Of a stretch of DNA of 32,000 nucleotides, positions 1-9,589 are shown in pieces (position 1 is the stretch's first letter; each line of letters starts with the position of its first letter). The notes beneath the pieces were generated by a model. That model worked only from the letters and a program-made list of their open reading frames with translations. It was not told the DNA's origin and did no database searches. The DNA lies in the NCBI RefSeq assembly GCF_043950625.1, contig NZ_CP171007.1; one strand, given 5' to 3'. Position numbers and translations under genes: made by a program. Origin of the DNA: Alkanindiges sp. WGS2144 (GTDB lineage: Bacteria > Pseudomonadota > Gammaproteobacteria > Pseudomonadales > Moraxellaceae).

Positions 1-744
1 GACACCACCACAGCATCGTTAAACTTTGACCAGTTATTTAGCCCGTATCGCTTTTATGGCCATGACCGGCTGGAAGATAATAACTTCGCTTCTCTTGGCC
101 TGACTTATCGGATGTTTGACACAATTGGTCTGGAGCGTCTACGTCTGGGTATTGGTGAAAGTTACTATTTTAGTGATCGCAAGGTTCGCCTCAATGACGC
201 CGATCCGATTGCCACCGCCAAAAGCTCAGGCCCTGCCATTGGGTTTGGTAGTCAACTAAGTCGTAATTTTTCAATTAACGGCAACTCCCTGTGGCTGGCA
301 AATGGCAATAACTCACAAAATGATGTACAACTCAATTACACGGATAGTAATGGTAGTGTTTACAATGCAGGCTACTATTATCGTCATCGGGTTGATGCTC
401 TGAACCAGCAGGCTTATCAACAAATTACTGCTGGTTTTGTTCAACCTATTCACCAGCAATGGCGTGTAATGGGTTATATGCAATATGATCTGGACAATGA
501 GTTGTCCCGTGAGTGGCTGCTCGGGGTTAATTATGAAGCGTGTTGCTGGCGAGCCTCACTATATGGCCGCTCATATTTTAATGATCTGGATGATCCAACA
601 GCCGCTGGGATTAAGCCCAAACGCGCTATTATGATGGAAATTACCTTGAAAGGTCTGGCTGGTTTTTCAGGCAATTTAAGCAGTTTACTACAACAGAAAA
701 TTTTAGGTTATCAACAGGTGGAAACATTGTGGAACGAACGCTAA
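1..744 (+). CDS. lptD: LPS-assembly outer-membrane protein LptD, C-terminal part (5' end outside window)
   Basis: Frame 1 is open from base 1 with no stop before 744. The sequence is Y/N/G-rich and beta-barrel-like, with the adjacent Cys pair (NYEACCW) near the C-terminus. It lies immediately upstream of surA, as in the conserved lptD-surA arrangement. Confidence 0.85.
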   Translation, partial: DTTTASLNFDQLFSPYRFYGHDRLEDNNFASLGLTYRMFDTIGLERLRLGIGESYYFSDRKVRLNDADPIATAKSSGPAIGFGSQLSRNFSINGNSLWLANGNNSQNDVQLNYTDSNGSVYNAGYYYRHRVDALNQQAYQQITAGFVQPIHQQWRVMGYMQYDLDNELSREWLLGVNYEACCWRASLYGRSYFNDLDDPTAAGIKPKRAIMMEITLKGLAGFSGNLSSLLQQKILGYQQVETLWNER

Positions 745-770
745 CTTCTTTCATCTCAGTACGTCAGATC

Positions 771-2063
771 ATGAAAACGACGCTACTTGCTTCCTTACTG
801 GCGTCTGCGTTCATGGTCAATGCTGCAACGCCCATCAATAAAGTAGTTGCCGTGGTTGATAACGATGTCATCCTGGAAAGTGACCTTGATCATGCAATGG
901 ATGCTGCCAGACAGCAGATTACAGCACGTGGACAGGCAGTACCACCGGAGCATATCCTGCGCCCGGAAGTACTGCGCCAGCTCATTTTAAAACAGGTACA
1001 ACTTGAACGGCTAAAACGTGCCAGTGTCGCGCTGGATGAAGCCACTCTTAACGCCGCAGTCAGCGAGATTGCCAAGCAAGAAGGCGCAAACAGTCTGGCA
1101 GAATTTCAGCAAAAACTCGATGCCCGCAAACCCGGCAGTTATGCCGCATTACGTCAGCAGATCAGCCAGGATTTAAGCCTGAATCGCTTGCGCCAGCAGC
1201 AGGTCAATGCCCGGATCAAAGTCAGCGATCAGGATATTGATAACTTTCTAAAGTCTCCTCAAGGTACCAGCGCCTTAAGCAATGAAGTACATGTTGCCCA
1301 TCTGCGTATTTCCCTGCCAGAAGACTCTAACGCCTCTCAGATACAGGCTGCTGAAAAACTTGCCAATCAGATACGTACCGCATTGCAACGTTCCAGCGAT
1401 ATTGATCATGTGGTCAAGGACAATCAGAACAGCACCTATAAAGTAGACGGCGTGGATATGGGCTGGCGCAAGCTACAGGACATGCCCGATGAGCTGGCTG
1501 CCAAAGTAAGCGGCCTTGGCAACAATGAAGTCACCAGTCCTATCCGGGCGGCTGATGGTTTTCATGTACTAAAACTACTGGAACGTCGTGGTGGCGCTGA
1601 ACGCACTATTGTTAAGCAATATAAAGTGCGCCATATCCTGATTCGCCCTAGTGAAATTGTAAGTGCTAGTGATGCTGAACAGCAAATTAATCAACTGTAC
1701 AAACGGGTAGTTGGCGGGGAGAATTTTGCTGATCTGGCCAGTACGTTTTCCAATGATCCAGGCTCAGCAGCCAATGGCGGAGATCTGGACTGGGTAAGCC
1801 CAGGTATGATGGTTCCACAATTTGATGACATGATGGTTAAAACGCCAGTGGGACAAATCAGTAAGTCTTTTCAAACCCAGTATGGCTGGCATATTCTCAA
1901 AGTTGAAGACACCCGGCAGCAGGATGTTACCGAACAATATCGACGTAATATGGCACGCCAGATTCTGGCAGAACGCCAGTTTGAACAGGAACTGGATAAC
2001 TGGCTACGTGAAATCCGTGCTGAAGCTTATGTAGAGATCAAAGACGGAACACAGATTGACTAA
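771..2063 (+). CDS. surA: Periplasmic chaperone / peptidyl-prolyl isomerase SurA
   Basis: ORF 729..2063. I chose ATG 771 because it gives a signal peptide (MKTTLLASLLASAFMVNA). There are two parvulin-like segments (..GFHVLKLLER.. and ..YGWHILKVED..) after an N-terminal chaperone region. Position downstream of lptD fits. Confidence 0.9.
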   Translation: MKTTLLASLLASAFMVNAATPINKVVAVVDNDVILESDLDHAMDAARQQITARGQAVPPEHILRPEVLRQLILKQVQLERLKRASVALDEATLNAAVSEIAKQEGANSLAEFQQKLDARKPGSYAALRQQISQDLSLNRLRQQQVNARIKVSDQDIDNFLKSPQGTSALSNEVHVAHLRISLPEDSNASQIQAAEKLANQIRTALQRSSDIDHVVKDNQNSTYKVDGVDMGWRKLQDMPDELAAKVSGLGNNEVTSPIRAADGFHVLKLLERRGGAERTIVKQYKVRHILIRPSEIVSASDAEQQINQLYKRVVGGENFADLASTFSNDPGSAANGGDLDWVSPGMMVPQFDDMMVKTPVGQISKSFQTQYGWHILKVEDTRQQDVTEQYRRNMARQILAERQFEQELDNWLREIRAEAYVEIKDGTQID

Positions 2064-2075
2064 TAATCCTGCTCC

Positions 2076-2139
2076 TGCCTTGCACAAACTGACCTTGTGC
2101 AAGGCAGAATAAAAAAACCAGCACTAGGCTGGTTTTTTT
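2076..2139. terminator. Two hairpins between convergent surA and hfq; the second is a bidirectional rho-independent terminator
   Basis: tgccttgcacaa (2076-2087) pairs with ttgtgcaaggca (2095-2106). Then aaaaaaaccagc (2111-2122) pairs with gctggttttttt (2128-2139), giving an A-run/stem/T-run readable on both strands. Confidence 0.7.
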
Positions 2140-2150
2140 ATGGTTAAGAA

Positions 2151-2555
2151 TTAACGATTGTTGCCATTACCATCGTCTTCACTGCCTTCATCAAACTTCT
2201 GATCGTTGTCAAAACCACCAAAGCCACCGCCCTGACCACCACCAAAACCGCCTTGATTGCCAAAGCCACCGCCCTGACCACCACCAAAACCGCCTTGACC
2301 GCCAAAGCCACCCTGAGCACCAGCTGCTCCTACAGGTGCGCCAGCCGGGCGAGGATTACGGGCAGGAACTACAGTGGAAATTGCATGTTTGTAAACCATC
2401 TGGCTTACAGTATTTTTTAACAAAACAACATATTGATCAAAAGATTCGATCTGACCTTGTAATTTAATTCCGTTAACCAAAAAAATAGAAACAGGAATAC
2501 GTTCTTTACGAAGAGAGTTTAAAAACGGATCCTGCAATGTTTGACCTTTAGACAT
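2151..2555 (-). CDS. hfq: RNA chaperone Hfq with extended glycine-rich C-terminal domain
   Basis: [64 protein letters not shown] is a canonical Sm1/Sm2 core. Start set at ATG 2555 (MSKGQ) rather than the ORF-track start 2603. The tail is [20 protein letters not shown].. repeats. It lies downstream of miaA. Confidence 0.95.
   Translation of the reverse strand: MSKGQTLQDPFLNSLRKERIPVSIFLVNGIKLQGQIESFDQYVVLLKNTVSQMVYKHAISTVVPARNPRPAGAPVGAAGAQGGFGGQGGFGGGQGGGFGNQGGFGGGQGGGFGGFDNDQKFDEGSEDDGNGNNR
2219..2298. repeat. Tandem direct repeat (42-nt period) encoding the Hfq Gly-rich tail
   Basis: caaagccaccgccctgaccaccaccaaaaccgccttga occurs identically at 2219-2256 and 2261-2298. That is 38 nt perfect with a 42-nt period, equal to 14 codons. 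Confidence 0.9.
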
Positions 2556-2639
2556 CATTATTACTCCAAAAATAACAGCGCAAAAAACTGTCTTTAGTAT
2601 CAATTAAAAATTATAAAAAGACAGGCGGCAAATTCTGCG

Positions 2640-3602
2640 TCATCTATATCTGATACGCAAGTCTAGTATGCCTTCATTCACTGTGTTGTATATATTAAAA
2701 ACGTGCAACTCACGTAACGAACGTAGCCAGGTATATTGACGTTTGGCTAACTGTCGTGTTGCAAATAATGCTTTTTCCTGCATATTATGCAATTCTTGAG
2801 CGGTTTTTCCTCCATTTTCCAAAAATTCCCATACCTGACGATACCCCACTGCACGCATCGAAGGCAAACTTTCATGTAATTGGTATTTTTTACGTAATTC
2901 AATAACTTCATCTAAGAAACCGATTTTCCACATTATATCCAGCCGTTCAGCAATTCGCTGATGTAACCATAGCCGATCAGGCATTAATGCATGGAGCTCA
3001 AAGTGATAATCCGGATTAAGCTGGTTTTGCTGCTCATCATGTAAATCACTGATTGCACGGCCGGTAAGATAATAAACCTCCAGCGCCCGCGTTACTCGCT
3101 GGTGGTCAGCTGGTTTAAAACGGATAGCTGCCCGCGGGTCAACCTGTTTTAACTCATCATGAATAGACTGCCAGCCTTTAATCCGGGCACGCTGTTCTAT
3201 TTGCTCGCGCACCAATGGATCAGCAGCGGGCAAGTTATCCGCCATTCCCATGATCAAGCTACGAAAATATAACATTGTACCGCCAACCAGTAACGGAACT
3301 TTGCCTCGTGCATGAATACTATCAACGAGCTGCGTGACATCCTCAACAAACTGGGCGGCAGAATACACCTGGGTAGGGTCAATAATATCCACCAGAAAAT
3401 GCGGATATTGTGCCAGTTCAGCCGGGCTTGGCTTGGCAGTGCCGATATTCATATCCTGATAAACCAGTGCTGAATCCACTGAAACCAGCTCAAATCGACC
3501 GGTTTCAAATAGCTCACAGGCCAGCGCTGTCTTGCCACTGGCGGTTGGCCCCATTAAGCAGATGACAGGCAGCTCACTTTTTTTAGCAGAGATTGTGCTC
3601 AT
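2640..3602 (-). CDS. miaA: tRNA dimethylallyltransferase MiaA
   Basis: P-loop MGPTASGKT near the N-terminus and IPP-transferase-like sequence throughout. Start set at ATG 3602 (MSTISAKK), one base from the mutL stop (3604-3606). mutL-miaA-hfq synteny supports the call. Confidence 0.92.
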   Translation of the reverse strand: MSTISAKKSELPVICLMGPTASGKTALACELFETGRFELVSVDSALVYQDMNIGTAKPSPAELAQYPHFLVDIIDPTQVYSAAQFVEDVTQLVDSIHARGKVPLLVGGTMLYFRSLIMGMADNLPAADPLVREQIEQRARIKGWQSIHDELKQVDPRAAIRFKPADHQRVTRALEVYYLTGRAISDLHDEQQNQLNPDYHFELHALMPDRLWLHQRIAERLDIMWKIGFLDEVIELRKKYQLHESLPSMRAVGYRQVWEFLENGGKTAQELHNMQEKALFATRQLAKRQYTWLRSLRELHVFNIYNTVNEGILDLRIRYR

Positions 3603-3603
3603 A

Positions 3604-5511
3604 TTATTCTCCGCGTGCAAAGAGCTTATCCAGCTGGCTTAGTGGAAAAGCACGCCAGGTTGGTCGCCCGTGATTACATTGACTGGCAAATTCCGTCTGC
3701 TCCATTTGTCTTAACAAAGCATTCATTTCTGCCAGGCTGAGTTGCCGATGCGCCCGTACTGCCCCATGACAGGCCATGCCTGCAAGGACTTTATCCCGGA
3801 CTGCAATCAGGTTATTTGCCTCGGCACCCGCCTCAAGGTCAGATAGCAACTGATTCAACAAGCTGGAAAAGTTGGCTCTGGCCAATAAAGCAGGTACGGC
3901 ACGGATCACTGCGCTTGTTTCTCCATAACGATCAACTTCAAGACCTAACTGATGCAAAACCTGCTGCAACTCTTCTATCCGGCCAGCCTGCAATGGCGTT
4001 AACTCTACTGTTTGTGGCACTAATAAATGCTGGGTTTGCCAGTTGAACTGTTTATCCCATGCGGCTTTTAGCTGCTCCAGCAAGATACGCTCATGCGCCG
4101 CATGCATATCAACAATAATCAGTCCTTCAGTATTTTGTGCCAGAATATAAATGCCGTGCAGTTGTGCAATCGCAAGCCCTAACGGATATTCTTCAACGGC
4201 CGGAATTTTTACGCTTAAATCCTCGGGCTGGCGCAGGGGCTGTAAATAGCTGGCTATTGCTGCCTGTACCTCTCCACCTGCCGGAACAAACTGTGTATGA
4301 TAAGCAGATGATATTTTATAGCCACTATTCGGCGGTATAGCCGATATGGATGCTATAGACGCCGTAGGTTCAGCTACTGTTTCTTGCCTGTGTAGCTGTA
4401 AGGGTGCCTGCTGCATGGACTGGTAGACTTGTTCATGCTGTGCTGGATGTAATGCCTCGCCCAGTTCTGCCGGTGCAGTTTTAAACTGGGCCAAGACCTG
4501 TCGCGCAGAATGACGTACGAACTCATGTACCTCCCGTTGTGCCAAAAAACGCACTTCATGCTTGGTAGGATGCACATTGACATCAACCTGTTCCGGGTCA
4601 ATATCCAGAAACAGTAAATATGCTGGATGCTGGTGACCATGCAAAATGCCATCATAAGCCATTCGTAGTGCATGGCTTATTGTTTTATCCTTTACCATAC
4701 GTCCATTGATAAACAAATACTGCAAGTCAGCCTGTCCACGCGCTTCACTGGGATGACCCAGCCAGCCAGATAGCTGACTATGCGTATTGGAAGCATCCAG
4801 CCAGTGCGAGGTTTCGGTAAAGCGGGCACCCAGAATACGACGCACCCGTTGTACACGTAACTCGCCACTATCAGCAACCGGTAGTTCAAGGCGAATCTGG
4901 TCGTTATGCACCAGCCTGAAACCCACCTCAAAATGACTAAGCGCCATACGTCGAACAACTTCTTCAATATGGCTAAATTCGGTACCCACAGCTTTTAAGA
5001 ACTTGCGCCGTGCCGGCACATTAAAAAACAGGTCACGCACCTGTACCCGGGTGCCACGTTGCTGCGCTACCGCCTGTACTGTTTGCTCTGTATAGGCGCT
5101 ACCATTGATCGTCACTTCATAGCCAATGCCTTCATGATTTTGGCTGCTACTCAAGGTTAGACGTGATACCGCAGCAATAGAAGCCAGTGCTTCCCCCCGA
5201 AACCCCAGGGTGGCAATAGCTGCCAGTTCATTTGCATCACTTATTTTGCTGGTCGCATGACGAATTATCGCCAGCGGCAAATCATCCACATGAATGCCAA
5301 ATCCATTGTCCCGTATTTCAATGAGTCCACTGCCACCCTGCTCAACCTGAATATCAATTTGTGTGGCCCCAGCATCCAGCGCATTCTCCAGTAGCTCTTT
5401 CACCACCGAAGCAGGACGTTCAATCACTTCTCCCGCTGCAATCTGGTTAGCCAGTGCCGGACTTAGGGGGTGGATACGCCGCCCAAAATAAGAATCAGGA
5501 AAATTGCTCAT
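3604..5511 (-). CDS. mutL: DNA mismatch repair endonuclease MutL
   Basis: N-terminal GHKL ATPase motifs [31 protein letters not shown] and DNGFGI. The C-terminal dimerisation region carries ..QCNHGRPTW... The 5' end overlaps tsaE by 17 nt. Confidence 0.93.
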   Translation of the reverse strand: MSNFPDSYFGRRIHPLSPALANQIAAGEVIERPASVVKELLENALDAGATQIDIQVEQGGSGLIEIRDNGFGIHVDDLPLAIIRHATSKISDANELAAIATLGFRGEALASIAAVSRLTLSSSQNHEGIGYEVTINGSAYTEQTVQAVAQQRGTRVQVRDLFFNVPARRKFLKAVGTEFSHIEEVVRRMALSHFEVGFRLVHNDQIRLELPVADSGELRVQRVRRILGARFTETSHWLDASNTHSQLSGWLGHPSEARGQADLQYLFINGRMVKDKTISHALRMAYDGILHGHQHPAYLLFLDIDPEQVDVNVHPTKHEVRFLAQREVHEFVRHSARQVLAQFKTAPAELGEALHPAQHEQVYQSMQQAPLQLHRQETVAEPTASIASISAIPPNSGYKISSAYHTQFVPAGGEVQAAIASYLQPLRQPEDLSVKIPAVEEYPLGLAIAQLHGIYILAQNTEGLIIVDMHAAHERILLEQLKAAWDKQFNWQTQHLLVPQTVELTPLQAGRIEELQQVLHQLGLEVDRYGETSAVIRAVPALLARANFSSLLNQLLSDLEAGAEANNLIAVRDKVLAGMACHGAVRAHRQLSLAEMNALLRQMEQTEFASQCNHGRPTWRAFPLSQLDKLFARGE

Positions 5512-5980
5512 GCAGCTTCTTCTCTAATGCAGGCCAGCTTTCACTTGCATGTACGCAGGTTAAGGCAAGAAAACGGGTTGACTGCTCGTCATCAGCCTTG
5601 AGCTCAATAATATAATCAGCCATAGGTACCACCGGCTCACCTTTTTGCGGCCATTCGATCAATAGCAACGCATTGTCCTGTTGCAAATAATCACGAATAC
5701 CCATTAGCTCAAGCTCAAAGGCATCCTGTAAACGATACAGATCAAAATGATAAACTGGTTGCCCATTAATAGTATAAGGTTCAACTAGCGTATAAGTGGG
5801 GCTTTTAACGTTTCCCTCATGACCTAATACCTGCAACCAGGAGCGTGTCAGGGTGGTTTTTCCAGCCCCAAGATCACCCATCAAATACACCACACCATTT
5901 TGAATATGCTGAGCCAAAATATCAGCAAGCTGCTGTGTAGCTGCTTCATCCTGCAATAAGATCGACACCGCCTCAGCCAT
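5495..5980 (-). CDS. tsaE: tRNA t6A37 biosynthesis ATPase TsaE (YjeE)
   Basis: GDLGAGKTTLTRSWL P-loop and SPTYTLVEPY motif. Start set at ATG 5980 (MAEAVSILL), which aligns with the E. coli TsaE N-terminus as I recall it. The ORF-track start is 6007. Confidence 0.85.
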   Translation of the reverse strand: MAEAVSILLQDEAATQQLADILAQHIQNGVVYLMGDLGAGKTTLTRSWLQVLGHEGNVKSPTYTLVEPYTINGQPVYHFDLYRLQDAFELELMGIRDYLQQDNALLLIEWPQKGEPVVPMADYIIELKADDEQSTRFLALTCVHASESWPALEKKLHEQFS

Positions 5981-6221
5981 TTTATATACTCTACCTTTAA
6001 GCTGCATATACAGGCTTATATCATAGCACTGGCACCTGTTCTTTTAGGCAAAATCGCGTAAACAGATATGAGCTATTTGCTTTCCATTATCCTGAGCTGA
6101 ATAGTGTAGGCTTATCTGCAAATCAATGAATCGTTATCCTGAAATACCCTAAAGGATTAACCTGCTTCTGACCTCTGCTCTTAAATGAATCGCTTAATAC
6201 CAATGCTCATAACCATGTACC

Positions 6222-7136
6222 ATGACTTCTTTTAGCAAGCCTCCCATGCGTGATGGGGTTAGTCCTAGCACGGTCCATTTACCGTTCAATCACTCACCCA
6301 GAACAGGTTTGCCGTGGTCTACTATTTTTGAATTTTTAGTAGAACATTTTGACCAGATTTCATCTGATATCTGGCAACAGCGCATGATTGAACACAAAGT
6401 GCTGGATCGCTCAGGTCAGCCGGTTCATCAACATACGCCTTATCAACCCCACACGAAGATCTACTATTACCGTGAACTGCCACAGGAAGCTATTGTTCCG
6501 TTTCAAGAAAAAATACTGTTCCAAAATGAGCATTTGCTAGTGGTGGATAAACCACATTTTCTAACAGTCTCGCCGACTGGCCGCTATGTTAAACAAACCC
6601 TGCTGGTACGGCTCAAACAGCAGTTAGGCAATGAGGATATTAGCCCTATACATCGCCTGGATCGCGAAACAGCTGGTGTTATGCTGTTTTCCTTGCAGGC
6701 TGAAACACGTAGTCTTTATCAGAATCTATTTCAGCAGCGACAGGTTGATAAGGTATATGAGGCAATTGCCCCTTATCGCCCGGACTTAATGCTTCCACTT
6801 TGTTATGAAAGCCGCCTGATTAAAGGGGAACCTTTTTTTACCATGCAGGAAAGCCATGGTGAACCCAACAGCTTTACCCGGATTGAACTATTACAAATAA
6901 AAAATAAACTGGCCCGTTACCAGCTAACCCCGATTACCGGGAAACAGCATCAGCTTAGGGTACATATGGCAGCTCTGGGAATTCCCATTTTAAATGATAG
7001 CTTTTATCCTATGGTACAATCGCGTTATGATGACTTTAGTAGGCCATTGCAATTGCTAGCAAAATCAATTGCTTTTATAGACCCAGTCACGCAATATTCT
7101 GTGTGCTATACCTCTGAACAACATCTAAGTTTTTAA
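6222..7136 (+). CDS. RluA-family pseudouridine synthase
   Basis: Catalytic-Asp motif HRLDRETAGVMLF, a downstream GKQHQLRVH motif, and a family-typical length of 304 aa. Substrate specificity cannot be assigned from sequence alone. Confidence 0.8.
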   Translation: MTSFSKPPMRDGVSPSTVHLPFNHSPRTGLPWSTIFEFLVEHFDQISSDIWQQRMIEHKVLDRSGQPVHQHTPYQPHTKIYYYRELPQEAIVPFQEKILFQNEHLLVVDKPHFLTVSPTGRYVKQTLLVRLKQQLGNEDISPIHRLDRETAGVMLFSLQAETRSLYQNLFQQRQVDKVYEAIAPYRPDLMLPLCYESRLIKGEPFFTMQESHGEPNSFTRIELLQIKNKLARYQLTPITGKQHQLRVHMAALGIPILNDSFYPMVQSRYDDFSRPLQLLAKSIAFIDPVTQYSVCYTSEQHLSF

Positions 7137-7279
7137 ATTCTACTTTTAGAGACTATATTTGACAGATTTTGTAATGACAATGAAATGATATTTATGTTTT
7201 AATTAATCAATTCATTCTTGGATTTATTTTAAAACAAATAGCAAGGTATTGCTTGGTCAATGATAAAAGGGGAAGCGCT

Positions 7280-7582
7280 ATGCGTCGTACGGAAGTCTAT
7301 CAGGTTCGTCTGGATATTCAGGAAAAAAAGCAAGCCTTTGCCGTATTTAAACAATTGGGAATTAGCCCTGCCCAAGCAATCAGATTATTCTTTCGCCAAG
7401 TCGTAGTAACCCGGTCTATTCCCTTTCCTATTGAACATTCCAGCACTGAACCAATTGAGACAGGTAAAAAAACAGTCAAGAAAGCTGCCCCAACTCCTGC
7501 CAGCGAGCTAAGTCATTTATCGGATCAGGATGTATTTGATCAACTAAATGAATTACTCAAAGATAATGCTTCCTCCGATTGA
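7280..7582 (+). CDS. RelB/DinJ-family antitoxin-like ribbon-helix-helix protein with a long disordered C-terminal tail (no adjacent toxin gene)
   Basis: VRLDIQEKKQAFAVFKQLGISPAQAIRLFFRQVVVTRSIPFPIE matches the RelB/DinJ pattern (beta-strand, helix, 'GL(T/S)xxQAIRxFLxQV', then 'PF'). ATG 7280 follows a purine-rich aaagggga at 7266-7273. The ORF-track TTG start at 7253 was not preferred. Confidence 0.6.
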   Translation: MRRTEVYQVRLDIQEKKQAFAVFKQLGISPAQAIRLFFRQVVVTRSIPFPIEHSSTEPIETGKKTVKKAAPTPASELSHLSDQDVFDQLNELLKDNASSD

Positions 7583-7627
7583 GGCAGCTTTTTACAAAAA
7601 TATTTAATCTACCCAATATTCAGGTTC

Positions 7628-8443
7628 TTATAGCACTTCAAACTCAATTCGGCGATTACGGCGGCGGCCTTCCTCAGTAGCGTTATCGGCTATTGGTTGA
7701 TTTGACCCTAGGCCTTCTGTGCTTAATAACATTTTATTCACCCCTTTGCTTATCAGGTAATTCCTGACTGCCTTAGCACGCTGCAAAGATAATTCCAAAT
7801 TGGTGTCTAGGTTGCCTTGGCTATCAGTATGGCCAATGATTCGCACAGGCTTGTTACCTACTCTGGTCATGGCTACGGTCATTTCATCAAGAATCTGCCG
7901 ACCGGCCAAGGTTAAAACAGTACTGCCTGATTCAAACTCAACAATCCGATTAGCCAAAGTCTGATCTATCAGTCTTTGCTCAGAAACACTAACTTTCAAT
8001 TGCTGGCTAATTTGATAAACAGCCGATTTACCCTGCCCAATTTGCCGGGACAAAGCATTTTTTAACGCCTCTGACTGCACTTCGCCACTTAACTTAATAC
8101 TGGCACCATTAAATGCCAGCTGTCCCTTACTTACATTTTTTAGCTCAGGCTGAATACTCTCTAGTACGGTCTGACGCCATTCTGGCGGTGTTTTAACCGC
8201 TGCGATTTGAATCTGATCTACTACGTTATCGCCATACAGGTTCTGTAGTTTATCAAGAATGGCTCTTTTGGTTTGTTCATCCGGCACTGTTCCATTCGCA
8301 ACGACCGATCGGGTTTCCACCGCCTGAACCGGCATGCTTAATGCGAACCATAAGGCACCCACCGCAACAATAAGTCCTGTTTGCCCTCGCATACCGACAT
8401 CCAGTTTACTGTCTTTTATCATTTTGGAAATTTGAATTAACAT
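7628..8443 (-). CDS. OmpA-family peptidoglycan-binding protein (OmpA_C domain preceded by BON-like segments)
   Basis: The C-terminus (IIGHTDSQGNLDTNLELSLQRAKAVRNYLISKGV...NRRIEFEV) is the OmpA/MotB C-terminal signature. A signal-like segment MRGQTGLIVAVGALWFALSMPVQA suggests the true start may be ATG 8392. Confidence 0.8.
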   Translation of the reverse strand: MLIQISKMIKDSKLDVGMRGQTGLIVAVGALWFALSMPVQAVETRSVVANGTVPDEQTKRAILDKLQNLYGDNVVDQIQIAAVKTPPEWRQTVLESIQPELKNVSKGQLAFNGASIKLSGEVQSEALKNALSRQIGQGKSAVYQISQQLKVSVSEQRLIDQTLANRIVEFESGSTVLTLAGRQILDEMTVAMTRVGNKPVRIIGHTDSQGNLDTNLELSLQRAKAVRNYLISKGVNKMLLSTEGLGSNQPIADNATEEGRRRNRRIEFEVL

Positions 8444-8484
8444 GGTTTAACCTGTTGATTTGCTTAAATAGTCACGCTCTTAGT

Positions 8485-8806
8485 TTAATGACCCAAAAAT
8501 ACCTGTTTAAATAACTGAATGGCTTCAGGCATACAGATCTGGCGATCACACAACACCTGCTCAAATGTAGCCAGGCCCGCATCATTTTCCAGATAAGTAT
8601 CTACCCAGGCCGCGTCATCCACATGAACCCAATGCTCACTACTCAGGTCATCCTGCATCATATCCCTTAAGCCCAGAACATCTGCTCCCTGAAACCCAAC
8701 AATCAACAGAGACTGTGGCTTGTTCCAAATAGCGATAAACAGCTCAATAGCATGCCGCCGAATAAAACCGGAGATCAGATGAAGCCAGAAAGTAGCCGCA
8801 AGATCG
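8485..8806 (-). pseudogene. 5'-truncated ORF of unknown function, cut by the IS21-family terminus
   Basis: My hand translation of the minus frame upstream of the 73-aa ORF stays open (..DLAATFWLHLISGFIRRHAIELFIAIWNKPQSLL-IVGFQGADV..). It is closed only by a tga that lies inside the IS terminus (8809-8811). No start codon or RBS context was seen. Confidence 0.5.
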
Positions 8807-8815
8807 TGTCAATAA

Positions 8816-8858
8816 CAGTGTAAAAGTGCACCAGAGTTTCAGTGCAAAAGTGAGCCAG
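8816..8858. repeat. Reiterated subterminal motifs of the IS21 end
   Basis: cagtgtaaaagtgcaccag (8816-8834) and cagtgcaaaagtgagccag (8840-8858) match at 16 of 19 positions with a 24-nt period. Multiple subterminal repeats are typical of IS21-family ends. Confidence 0.7.
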
Positions 8859-8862
8859 TGAA

Positions 8863-9589
8863 TTAGGCTCTGTTTTTCAATCGATATGAGTCATTACCGG
8901 TTTCAATAATGTCACAATGATGAACCAGGCGATCCAGTAAAGCTGAAGTCATCTTCTCATCAGCAAACACCTTTCCCCATTCAGAGAAAGCCAGATTAGT
9001 GGTCATAATGATGCTTGTACGCTCATGTAACTGACTGATCAGATGGAACAGTAATGCACCCCCCTTTCTGGCTGAAGGGTAGATAACCCAGCTCATCAAG
9101 GACAATCGCATCAAATTTGCATAACTGTCCGGTTAATTTATGCTTGTGCTGATCTTTGTCCTGTTCTAACTGATTGACCAGATCCAGTACATTGTAAAAC
9201 CTCACCTTAGCCCCTTCAGTCGCAGCATGAAGTGCCAATGCACTGGACAGATGGGTTTTACCGGTTCCAGGGCCACCAACAAAGATGATATTTCGCTTCT
9301 TCTCAATATACTCACCATCTGCCAATAACAGTAAAGATGGTTCACTGACCATGGATTGTTCGAACTTGAATTCACTTAAGGTCTTATGCTGAGGAATTCT
9401 GGCTTGTGCAATCCGGTATTGGGTACTACGTACCTGCCGCTGGGTATATTCGGTTTGTAACAGGCGACTGATAATCTCCAATGTAGAGCGCTTACGTCGT
9501 ATACCATCAGTTACAACATCATCCCAGGCCTCTGCCATACCGTTAAGTTTTAATTGTTCCAGTAGCTCAATACACTCATGACGCTGCAT
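8863..9589 (-). pseudogene. istB: istB (IS21 helper ATPase), frameshifted
   Basis: ORF 9023..9589 carries Walker A GGPGTGKTHL and Walker [18 protein letters not shown] 8863..9114 continues in another frame with [53 protein letters not shown]. The frame switch falls at the cccccc run at 9059-9064. Confidence 0.85.

Noticed and set aside
729-770. Upstream extension of surA (ORF-track start 729, overlapping the lptD stop) and the analogous extensions of hfq (to 2603), miaA (to 3620), tsaE (to 6007) and efp (to 17347)
   Set aside because: Internal ATGs give N-termini that match the conserved family starts or a proper signal peptide. The extensions add non-conserved residues.
3816-4967. Four ORFs of 67-99 aa (3816..4046+, 4137..4340+, 4374..4673-, 4692..4967-) inside mutL
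   Set aside because: They are entirely nested in or antisense to a well-supported mutL reading frame. The translations are Cys/Trp/His-rich nonsense typical of off-frame reads, and no RBS or family resemblance was seen.
6008-6221. Short direct repeat aatgaatcg(c)tta (about 6126-6137 and 6185-6197) in the tsaE/rluA-family divergent intergenic region
   Set aside because: It is only ~12 nt with an indel in AT-rich promoter DNA, which is insufficient to call a regulatory site.
7137-8806. Search by eye for a second copy of the tRNA-Val 3' end (tggtaggcatatccagactcgaa) that would mark the distal island boundary
   Set aside because: I found no convincing match in this interval or elsewhere in the window. 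The distal att may have been deleted with the cargo. A computational search allowing mismatches is still needed.
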